Shown here: one piece after another, positions 1 to 9,052 of the stretch
Numbering within the stretch: position 1 is the stretch's first letter
Layout: each line of letters begins with the position of its first letter
From: Prasinococcaceae sp. CCMP 1430
Lineage: Eukaryota; Plantae; Prasinodermophyta
Direction: 5' to 3'
Assembly (NCBI GenBank): GCA_013416795.1
Contig: RQSC01000141.1
Coordinates: 1 to 27,872 of the forward strand
DNA length: 27,872 nucleotides
The notes under the pieces: model-generated
Told to the model about the DNA's origin: nothing
Database searches by the model: none
Seen by the model: only the letters and a program-made list of their open reading frames with translations
Position numbers and translations under genes: made by a program

Positions 1-2
1 CC

Positions 3-3000
3 GTCCGCGCGGCCGCGGATCCGATGGCGGCAGCAGACGCGCGCGCCGCTGCGACCAACTACCTGAACTCGGCGCGCGCCGCGCCGGCGGCAGCCAAGGC
101 CGCCGCGGGCGCCGCGCTGTGCGCGGATGTATCGGACGTGTCGGTGGCGCTCTTCGGCTACTCGCTGCTGGCAGACGCCGTTCGCTACCAGTGGGACGCG
201 CTCGACGCCGCAACGCGCGCGCAGCTGATCGATCTGAGCATCCGCTCGCTGCGGGGGATCGCCGAGGACGCCGCTGCCGCACCGCGCGTGCCGCGCGTCA
301 TCCGTTCGAAGGCTGGCGTGCTCGCCGCGGAGATGCACCGCGTGGCGCCCAGCGCGCAGCGGAGCGAGATCCTCGCGGCCGTGTGCGCGCTTGCGGCGCC
401 AGGCTGCGCGCCCGCCGCTGCCGAGGTCGTGTGCTACGTGCTGGCGGCCGTCTCCGACGATGCGACTGTGCACGTGGACGAGCTCGACGGGGAAGAGCGG
501 CGCACGCTGCTGTCGGACGTCACGGGCGCGCTGGGGGACATATTGGCGCTGCTCTACCGCACGCTGGAGAGCAGCTTCGTCGCGGCGATGGGCGCCGCGC
601 AGCAGGGTGGGGGGGCGCAGCAGGCGCTGCAGGCGCATGCCAGCGCGCTCAACGCCGCGCTGGCGGCGGTGGGCGCGTTCGCCAACTGGGCGCCGCTGAC
701 GGCGCTGGCGCAGTCGCGCGTGGCGGAGGCGTGCGCGGCCATCATGGGCGTGGAGGAGCTGCGCGGCGGCGCGCTGAGCTGCCTCAAGCTGCTGCTGGAG
801 CGCAAGCGCGGGCGCGAGGCTGACGCGCAGGCGTACGATCACATGGCGGGCGTGGCGCTGCAGGCGCTGTGCAAGGCCGCCGATTCCATCCCGCCACGCG
901 CGTCGCACGCGGACGAGTTCCCGCAGATCGTGTGCAACTCGCTGGCGGCCTCGGCGACCAACCTCGGCAACCTGCCCGCTGAGTGGCAGGAGGGCATGCT
1001 GCAGCGCATGCTGCGCTTCCTTGACTCGCCGAGCGTGCACCAATCGTTCGCCGCGGTGGGCTTCTGGGTGACTGTCATGCGGGAGGGCGCGTACGCCGGG
1101 CGCTCCGCCGAGCTGCAGTCGACACTGCTTGCCCTGTGCTGCAAGCGTTGCGTCCGCTTCACGCGTGAGACAGGGCCGGAGGACACCTACCCGGAGGAAG
1201 AATTCGACAGCGCGGGCGAGTACCACGACTTTTTCTCAAACTACCGCCACAAGCTCGTGGACCTCACGCGCGTCCTCGCCGGAATGAGCCCGTCGCTGGC
1301 GGCGCGGGCGTTGCTTGAGCAAATGCGTGCGGTGGCGGAGGTGGGCGCGCGCGCCGAGGCGGCAGTGCTCGCGGGCCAGAGCGCGCGCGCCGCGCTAGCG
1401 GAGCTAGAGGCGACCACGGTGTTTGCAGGGGGGATCGCGGGCGTGTACGAGCGCCTGGACGCTGCGCGCATCACGACGCAGGATGTCGAGGCCATCACGC
1501 AGGCGGTGCAGGGCGTGGCAGGATGCATGTGGTCATCGAAGCCCGTGATGGACAAGCTCGCGCAGCTGCTGGAGGGCCTCGCTCCTCTATATGGGCTGGT
1601 GGTGCCCGCGCTGCCTGCGGTGTTGCAGTGCCTGTTTGGCTCGCTGCAGCGCGTGCCTGCGTCGAGGCTCGGCTCGGCGAGTTGTCTGTACAAGTTGGTA
1701 CGGCGCTCGCCGCGAGCGTTCATGGCGCACCGAGCGGCGTTGACGCAGGCCACCGACGCCGTGCAGCCGCTGCTCACCTTCCGCGAGTGGGGCTTTTTGG
1801 CGACCGCCGCGCTCACCATTGCCTGCCACGAGGGGCAGGATGCCGCGATGGGCACCGTGCGCTGGATCATGACGCCGTTCCAGCGAGACCCGCAGCTGCA
1901 GGCATGGATCGCCACATACACGCAGTCCTTCGATGGGTTCATGCGAGGCGCGTTCGCGTGCACGCTCGTGAACGGCGTGTGGGTGCAGAGCTCCGACTCT
2001 GTCGAGGTGAACGCTGCGTTGGAACGGCGGCGCGTTGTCTTCCACACATTCGAGGTCGTCCACCGACTGCATCGCTCGCTCAATACGGCGGGGGCAAATG
2101 TCGAGAGGGCGAGCCTCAAGCGCGAGGCCGACTGGCTGCTCATGCCGTTGCTGGCTACTGTGCGCCACTTGCACAACGTGTGGATCAATCGCCTGCAGCT
2201 GAGCGAGCCGCTGCTTTCGGCGCTCGCCATGAGCGGCCTCGAGGTGGCGGTGATGCTCGGCGGCGGGCGGGGCACCGTGCTTGAGCAGAAAGCGAGCGCC
2301 ATCGAAGCGGGCGAGTACCACGACATCGATGGCGTGTCCTCCGCCTGCTTGCGCAACTGGATGAACGGCCTGCGCGACAACTCGTATGGCATGCTAGCGC
2401 TGTGCTTCGGCTCGCTAACTGCGAGCGAAGCGCTCACCCGCGCGTTCGTTGAGTGTGCCGGCGATGCCGCTGCCCTTCGCGCCATGGAGCACAAGCACGT
2501 GCGCATGCTCATCCGGCACGTGCTGCAGCCGCTGGTTCGCTTCGAGTGCGCGGACGGTGCGCGACTCTTACTGACCGCCATCTACCGAGAGCTCTTCCCG
2601 CAGATGTACACACGCCTTACCGAGGGCTGGGCGAGCCTCGCCGCGGGCGCGAGCGCGGGTGGCGCGCTGCTGCCTGCACGTGCCGGCGAGCCCGCTGCCA
2701 ACGCCGCCGAGTCGGACGTGGTGCTGGACCGCATCATGCGCGAATTGAGCCGTGAGTACGCCGGGCTGCTCGGCTCGCTGGTGGCGGCGCCCGCGAGCTT
2801 TTATCTGGATGCGCTACTGCAAGAGGGTGGCGCAGCTGCGCAGGCGCTCGTGCTCTTCCCTGCGGCGTGCGTGTGCTTTCCGGATGGCGAGAGCTCCCAC
2901 CGCATCTGCGGCCTCGCCGCCGAGCTTGTGTCGCGCGCGTGCAAGGACGCTCGCTTGCACGCGCCGGTGGGCACCGACCTGCTGCGGGCGGCGATCAACG

Positions 3001-3380
3001 CGTTGTTGCTTGAGACCAATGCCAACCACTTTGCCGAGGTCCTCACCATCATCCAGCGCGTGCTCGTGAGCCTTTCGCCGCACGTGCCGGCGGTGCGCCA
3101 AACCATGCTCAGCTTCATCTCGGAGCAGGCACTCGCGCAGCTGGAGGCTGACTTCACGCGCAAGGGCGGGGGCTCGGAGAAGACGCGCAATGCGGTCATC
3201 AAGCGGTGCCTTCAGATGCAATCGGGCGGTGCGCTCAAGGCGCTGGCGTCGCAGGCCAAGACGGCACCGCTCACCAATCTTCCCACGCCGCACACACGTG
3301 CGCCCAAGCCGCACCCGGCGATAGCCGCTGCGCAGGCCGACGCCGACGAGGCCGCCGCGCCAAAGCTCGACTTCAGCTGA
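3..3380 (+). CDS. XPO5: Exportin-5 / HASTY (importin-beta superfamily), 5'-partial, apparently intronless
   Basis: 1118-aa helical ORF. FGYSLLADAVRYQWDAL matches the N-terminal 'L..vr..W..L' block, EEEFDSAGEYHDFFSNYR matches the XPO5 'dFds.edf..FF..yR' block, and LRNWMNGLRDNSYGML resembles HASTY. The frame is open back to position 3 (VRAAADP-M), so the true start probably lies upstream of the window. Confidence 0.85.
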   Translation, partial: VRAAADPMAAADARAAATNYLNSARAAPAAAKAAAGAALCADVSDVSVALFGYSLLADAVRYQWDALDAATRAQLIDLSIRSLRGIAEDAAAAPRVPRVIRSKAGVLAAEMHRVAPSAQRSEILAAVCALAAPGCAPAAAEVVCYVLAAVSDDATVHVDELDGEERRTLLSDVTGALGDILALLYRTLESSFVAAMGAAQQGGGAQQALQAHASALNAALAAVGAFANWAPLTALAQSRVAEACAAIMGVEELRGGALSCLKLLLERKRGREADAQAYDHMAGVALQALCKAADSIPPRASHADEFPQIVCNSLAASATNLGNLPAEWQEGMLQRMLRFLDSPSVHQSFAAVGFWVTVMREGAYAGRSAELQSTLLALCCKRCVRFTRETGPEDTYPEEEFDSAGEYHDFFSNYRHKLVDLTRVLAGMSPSLAARALLEQMRAVAEVGARAEAAVLAGQSARAALAELEATTVFAGGIAGVYERLDAARITTQDVEAITQAVQGVAGCMWSSKPVMDKLAQLLEGLAPLYGLVVPALPAVLQCLFGSLQRVPASRLGSASCLYKLVRRSPRAFMAHRAALTQATDAVQPLLTFREWGFLATAALTIACHEGQDAAMGTVRWIMTPFQRDPQLQAWIATYTQSFDGFMRGAFACTLVNGVWVQSSDSVEVNAALERRRVVFHTFEVVHRLHRSLNTAGANVERASLKREADWLLMPLLATVRHLHNVWINRLQLSEPLLSALAMSGLEVAVMLGGGRGTVLEQKASAIEAGEYHDIDGVSSACLRNWMNGLRDNSYGMLALCFGSLTASEALTRAFVECAGDAAALRAMEHKHVRMLIRHVLQPLVRFECADGARLLLTAIYRELFPQMYTRLTEGWASLAAGASAGGALLPARAGEPAANAAESDVVLDRIMRELSREYAGLLGSLVAAPASFYLDALLQEGGAAAQALVLFPAACVCFPDGESSHRICGLAAELVSRACKDARLHAPVGTDLLRAAINALLLETNANHFAEVLTIIQRVLVSLSPHVPAVRQTMLSFISEQALAQLEADFTRKGGGSEKTRNAVIKRCLQMQSGGALKALASQAKTAPLTNLPTPHTRAPKPHPAIAAAQADADEAAAPKLDFS

Positions 3381-3795
3381 CGCCCATTCGCTAATATACA
3401 CTGCGTTCGATGCGGTCGGCGGGCGCTCGCCGCATCCAGCCGCGCTCGCGCGCCTCGAGCAGCGCGCTGCTGCGCGCGCGCGGCGCCCCGCCCCCACCGG
3501 GCAGGTGTGTGTCGGCCCCCCGCCGGAGACGAGACGGCCCCCCAGCAATAATTCAGGCGCCCGTGGTTACATGTATGATTATTTTCAGTCATTGATCTAA
3601 TTTCAATGCAAAAAGACGTGTGTGTCCCCAAACCCTCGCCTGCGAATTGCGGACGGGCGCGCGCGCGCGCGTGGCCAGAGCGCGCGCGCGCACGCGCGGC
3701 TGCCTGGGTGGGCGCAGGGCGCGCTCCCCAGTTCTGCTGTCCCATCCCATCCCTTCCACCCATCGCGCCCCGTGACGCAGCCATGACGGTATCGC

Positions 3796-5410
3796 ATGCA
3801 AGCGCCCGCTGGGAACGGGGCTGTGGCGGCCGCACGGACGCGCGTGCGGCCGCGACGCGCCGCGGCCGCGGACGCGCGAGCTCTCAAGCAGACGGTGCCA
3901 GCGGCCGCGGCGCCGGCGCGGCGCTGGCGCGGCTGCGCACGAGGCAGGGCCTGTCATCGTCGTGGGCGACGGCGAGGCGGCCGCAGCGCCCGCGCTTGAC
4001 TCGGAGGCGCAGTTACGCGCACTTGAGATGCCTCTGGACCACCGGCTGAAGGGCTGGCTCACAGGAAGCGAGCGCCATGTGGCGGCGGCATGCGGCGTTG
4101 ACGTAGCCACGCTCGCGTCCGCGCGCGCCGCGCGCCAGCGCAGCTCAGAGCAGTGCGAGGCCGAGATGGCGGCCAGCCCGGACGACGGCGCCGCACGGCA
4201 TGCGGCTGTGTGCGCGCACGTTGCGCGCGCAATGCATCACCCGCTGCAATGTCGTGGATGCTGGTTGTGGCCGCCAAGCCTCTGCCAGTGCGCGCAAGGC
4301 GACGAGGATGCAGGTTGGTGTAGTGAAACGCGAGCGAGTGCGCGTGCCGCGCCCACCACTGCAGCAGCAGGGCGCTGACCGAAGGCCCATACGCGCACCC
4401 GCGCGCACCGTGCAGCTAATACGCCCGTACAGGCAGTTCCACGCCCCGGGCCGCGCCTGCCACCTCCACCTGGCGTGGAAGTCATCGTCATGTATCACCA
4501 CACAGAGTTCGCGAAGACCAGCAACACAGGCGTTGCCTTGGCGGGGTGCGTAGAAGGAGGGCTGCGGCTGCTGAGGGGGTTGCCGGAGGATGACGCAGCA
4601 CTCGAGGACCTGCTAGAAGACGAAAGTGCATTGGTGGCTGTGCTTTGGCCAAGCCCGCGTCGGGACGGGCGCGATCCATCCGCACCGCCCATCGCACCCG
4701 AGGAAGTGGTCAGGTGCGAAGACAGGAGCGAGCCCGCGCCTGCCGAGCGCTCGTGCGCGCGCCGGCGCTCTCTCACCCTCGTGCTGACTCGCGCTGCAGT
4801 GTGGACGAATTGCGAGCGCTAGCTGCAGCTGGAAAGCGCCGCTGCGGCCTTGCGGACGGCACGGATGACGCCCAGGACACACCGGCATGCACGCGCATCG
4901 TCCTGTTCGTGCCAGATGCGAGCTGGAAGAAGGCTCGGAAACTCACCAATTCGTTGCCTGAAGGAACCTGGCGATGCCGGCTGGAACCCGAGCACATCTT
5001 AGCGCTTGGGGATGCCTCGCGCATCGAAGGACTGGAGAATAGGTGCGCGTGTGCGCACGCGTACGCGCCGAGCGCGTGCACTGCTGCGCCCACCTCAGCG
5101 TGTTCTCTCGCGCTGACGAAAGCATCGCGGATCACCGATTTGCAATAGCAGCAGCGGCGGCGAGGAGGAGGGTGCAATCGTCACCTCGATGATAGCCCCG
5201 CTGAGGGGCAAGCGGGACGTGGGGGCAACTGGCCGCGTGTGCACCGCGCAAGCTGGAGTAGCAGCCCTCCTGGCGCTCGGGTGGGAGCCCGAGCACGCGT
5301 CTGACGCACTCGCCCGCGTGCGCGCACGCGTACGCATATGCCTCGCACTTCGCGGGAAGCGCGGGGCGAAGGAGGCCGTGAAGGCGAACAAGCACTTCCG
5401 TCCGCGATGA
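3796..5410 (+). CDS. DTW-domain protein (tRNA-uridine aminocarboxypropyltransferase, TapT/DTWD2 type); model join(?..4313,4437..4713,4800..5042,5149..5410)
   Basis: QCRGCWLWPPSLCQC Cys cluster, VIVMYHHTEFAKTSNTG (H..E..k.sNTG), VLFVPDASWKKARKL (DxTW-like motif) and RVCTAQAGVAAL (STxEA-like). Three GT-AG introns have phases that join the frames exactly. The start codon and first exon are unresolved (ATG 3783 or 3796; DTW frame open from about 3902). Confidence 0.85.
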
Positions 5411-5416
5411 GGAAGC

Positions 5417-5421
5417 TGTAA
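5417..5421 (+). terminator. TGTAA polyadenylation signal (DTW gene)
   Basis: TGTAA 7 nt after the stop at 5410; UGUAA is the established chlorophyte poly(A) signal. Confidence 0.55.
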
Positions 5422-5441
5422 AACACCTTATGTCACAAAAT

Positions 5442-5446
5442 TTACA
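5442..5446 (-). terminator. TGTAA polyadenylation signal (Dispatched-like gene)
   Basis: TTACA on + (TGTAA on -), about 45 nt after the stop at 5491, in the 80-bp convergent spacer. Confidence 0.55.
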
Positions 5447-5490
5447 ACACACACATTCGGCTGCGCGCGCCTGCCAGCGGGAGCACAATG

Positions 5491-8400
5491 CTACTCGAGG
5501 CGCATCATCTCCACCCCTACCTCTTCCTCTGCTGCACCTTCCGTTACACGGACCTTGGCGGCGGCACCAGCCATCGAGCACGGAGGCAGAGCACGCGCCG
5601 CAAAGGCGAGGGTGGGAAAGGCCACAACAGCAGCAAAGAGGCTCGCAGCTGTCGTCACAAGCACAAAGGAGCCGAAGGTCGAAAAGAATATCACAGTACC
5701 TTGCATGAGGAAAAGCTGTGGCACGTGTGCCGCGCCCGCAGCACAACGTGCGCACGTCAGCGGGTGCCGGCACGCACGCAAAGGTCAGCACGAGCGCGCG
5801 TCTCCGGGCGCACGCACCGCCGCGCCTCCAGAAGTCACTGCTGCTCCAACCACTGAAGGCCCAACCGTCACAAGTGCTTCGCGCAGGCGCGTGAGCTCGC
5901 TCGTCCCCTGCGCCCTCGCGGCGTGGCCAGCGACATGGGAGGTGTAGTCCACAGACAACCCCACCACTGCGGTCATACAGATGCTCTCCATGATGCCGAG
6001 AGACCAACCCGCGCACATGGCGAAGACAACGAACAGCGCAACGCACAGGGCGATGCATGCCGTCGCCGCGAGCGTCACGCGTGGCGACCATGTGACACCA
6101 AGAAGGACAACGAAGGCCAACACCAGCGACAGCCACACGCTTGTCCATGCCGAGCGCACGAGCGCCGTCTGCGTGTCCGAGTATTGCCACGCGCCCCCAG
6201 TTGTCTGAAAGGCGCCCCCAACTCCCGCTGGCGCGCCTGCTAGCACGTAGTCGTCTAGCCACGCTTGTAGCGCCTCTCGCTGAGGCTCAAGCACCTGTGG
6301 TGGCCGCCGCCAGTACGTGGTGAGTGCACAGAATATGACCGCAGCCTTGACGTCCCCGGTCTGGGCGTCGAACCAAAGACCGGGATCTCCTTCGCCGTAG
6401 TTGCCAAAAGAGTCATGCCACGCTCGCGCGGCGGCAGTGAAGTGCTCTCGCGGCACGGGCAGCGATCGCGGTAGGTACACCTGCCCATCCCTGCTGGCCG
6501 TTGCGTTGTGCGCACCACTCGGATCGAGTGCAACCGACACGTTGGGACGCACCGCCAAGAAGGCCTCCATGTCGTCCGCCCAGCACTTGAGGTCTCCCCT
6601 GCGCAGCAAGTGCTCGATCGCGCGCGTCGCATTCGAGGGCCGCACGCGTCCGCCAAGCTCCGCGCAGAGGTCTCTAAACCAGAGCTGCACGTCTTCATCC
6701 TGGACGTCGAAGGAGTTGTCGAGGACGAGCGTGCCTGGGGAGGCGCTCTCGAGCTGGTTGAGGTCCGAGTTATCGACTGCTTTCACCCCGAACACCAATC
6801 GGAGGTCGGCACGCCCGGTATCCGCGTCGAGGAGCTCCTCAGCAGCGAGGTATTCGTACTGGTTCGAGCCCGGCGGCATGAGCGAGACGCTCTCACGTGG
6901 ACCCTTGAATCCGCTGTACGTCGCCGCGGCAGCGGCCGCGCCGCCGAGCATCAGCGCGAGGGCGGAGCACACGCACCATGCGCGGCGCCGGCTCGCGCAT
7001 AGAAACGAAAGCCACGGCCCTCCCAGGAACATCCCAACATTGCTGGGGAAGCCAACCGAGCCCTCGCGCGAAACAGGCTCCGATGATCCTCGAGCGCATC
7101 TTTCTCCCGGGCGCGCCTCGTTTGAATGACGTCGTGACTTGCTGAGCAGGTCAGCACTCTCCTCTTCGCTCTCACCGCGCTCGGCGTCTGCGTGCTCGGC
7201 GTCTGCGTCGCGCCCCCGCTCCGCCGCGTGTGCGCGCGCGTCAAACGCGCCACGCCCCTCGGCAAGCCACATGACGCTCGGAAAGACCAGCGTCACGAGC
7301 GCGAGGTTGGTGAGTACACTCACGGCCACCTTGATGCCGAAGAGTCTCACCGCTGGAATGGGGCTCGTCATGTTCCCGAGGAACGCTGCGGCCGTGGTCA
7401 GCGATGTCACCGACAAAGCGGATATCGACTCGCGAACGGTAGCCTCCAGGCGCTCCTTGCGGTCTTCGGCGGGCGCCTCGTGCGCGTCCGCGGTCGCGCG
7501 CCAGTGCGCGTGCCTGTGGTGGTCCACGAGCACGAATACGTCGTCGGCTGCCACGCCGAGGGTGACAAAGACGCCCACGCCGTCAAGCGCATTCGCCCAC
7601 TTGAGCCCGAGCACCGCGCGCCACACGAAGAACGCCAAAGGGAAGGAGAGCGCAATGACGAGCACCGCGCCGGCGGTAAGCGCCCACGAGCTCGTGTGGG
7701 CGCGCGCGTACACGCCCACGAAGAGCAGCGCGCCCGCGGCCCAGCAGACGTCGGTGAGGAGCTGCGTTCGCACTTCGGCCTCGAAAGCGCCCCACTCGCG
7801 CCAGCGCACGGCGAACGTGCCGGCGGGCGTGTGGTCGCTCACTGCAAGCGTTGCCTCGCGCGCGGCGTCACGCACAAACGCTGCTACGTCGGCGCTATCG
7901 TCGGCGCGCAGGCGCCACACTAGGCGCTGAGCCACGCCACGCACGGGCTCCGCGGTCTCCCCGCCAGTCCCGCCCTCCCCAAGCCCGAGCTTGCCTGCCG
8001 CCGCGCGCGCAACCGCCACGTGGTCGAAAAACGCGCGGGGGGAGGCGGGGACGAGCGCCGCCGCTGCATCGCTGCGCGCCGTCCATCCGGCGAGCACAAG
8101 CGCACCGCGCTCAATTTCCTCCATGCGCCCTTCGTCGAACGCCTCCTCAGCGCACCCCGCCGTGTCCGCGTCGGCATCTGCGTCACCCGCCAGTCGTGCG
8201 GCTGCGAGTACCTCGCGGGCCGTAGGCGCCGCCTCAAGAAGCGCAGCGCACACAGCCGTACAGCCGCCAGGCAGCCACTCGCCAACGTCAGCAGGAAGCA
8301 GCACCGCACACGCCCGGGAGTCCTTTGCGAGCGGCGCCGCGCCGGCCCCCTCGTGTGCCACCTGCGCGCGCGCCTCAGCGCAGGCGTCCACGAGCGCGTC

Positions 8401-9051
8401 CAGCGCAGCTCCCACTGCAATCTCGGCAACGGAGGCGCTCAGCTCCGCGGCTTGCATGCGCAAAGCCACGGCCACTGCGTGCAGCCGAGGCACCTCCTCA
8501 CGCAGCAAGCGCGGTAGGGTGAGCAGCGAGAGCGGCGGCGCACACGCCTCCGGCGGCAGTGCGCAGCTGTCCGTCCTGAGATCCACGGCGGTGTGCTGGG
8601 TGGCGTTGACGGCAGCGGCGGCAGCAGTGTCGGTGACGCCTAGCGCGCACGCGCGGCCGAACGAAGGCAGCTCGGACACGCGCCGCAGCACGCCGCACGT
8701 CGCGCGCGCGGCCTCAGCGCTTAGCGCGCGCCGTAGCGCTGGCGCGGCCGCGTCGACGAGCAGCACATGCAGCGACGAGTCGGCGGCGAGGACTGATGGC
8801 GAGCACGGGAGCGGGGGTGGCGCGGGCGGCGGCGGCGGCGGGCACGGTCGGCCGCTCTTGGTGAGCGCGGGCGCACCGTCGCCCGTCGTGGAGGCGAGCG
8901 CGCCCGTTGCAAGCGCGAACGCGTGGCGCGCATCCGCCGCTGGCGTCCCGCGCGCCGCGAAGCCATCCAGGGACGCATCAAGCGCCGTCGGCAGCGCCGC
9001 GAGCGCCAGCCCGCCGAGCGCCTCCCAGCGCTCCTCCAGCCGCTCCGCCAT
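5491..9051 (-). CDS. Dispatched/Patched-family (RND, sterol-sensing domain) membrane protein; model complement(join(5491..5715,5818..9051)); may be 5'-partial at the gap
   Basis: SSD with HTSSWALT..ISFPLA..GVFVTLGVAADDVFVLVD, then SVTSLTTAAAFLGNMTSPIPAVRLFG; second TM half with VVGLSVDYTSHV. Intron 5817..5716 (GTGCGT..GCTGAC..CACAG, phase 0) joins GGAA to LFLMQGTVIFFSTFG. No clear TM1 is visible before the gap. Confidence 0.85.
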
Positions 9052-9052
9052 N
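9052..9052. other. Assembly gap (single N) between divergent Dispatched-like and PRCP genes
   Basis: N at 9052. Coding sequence abuts it on both sides in opposite orientations, with no promoter sequence between. Confidence 0.9.

Noticed and set aside
3-5410. Exportin-5 plus DTW as a tRNA-metabolism cluster
   Set aside because: Both touch tRNA biology, but two adjacent housekeeping genes in a compact eukaryotic genome are not evidence of a cluster.
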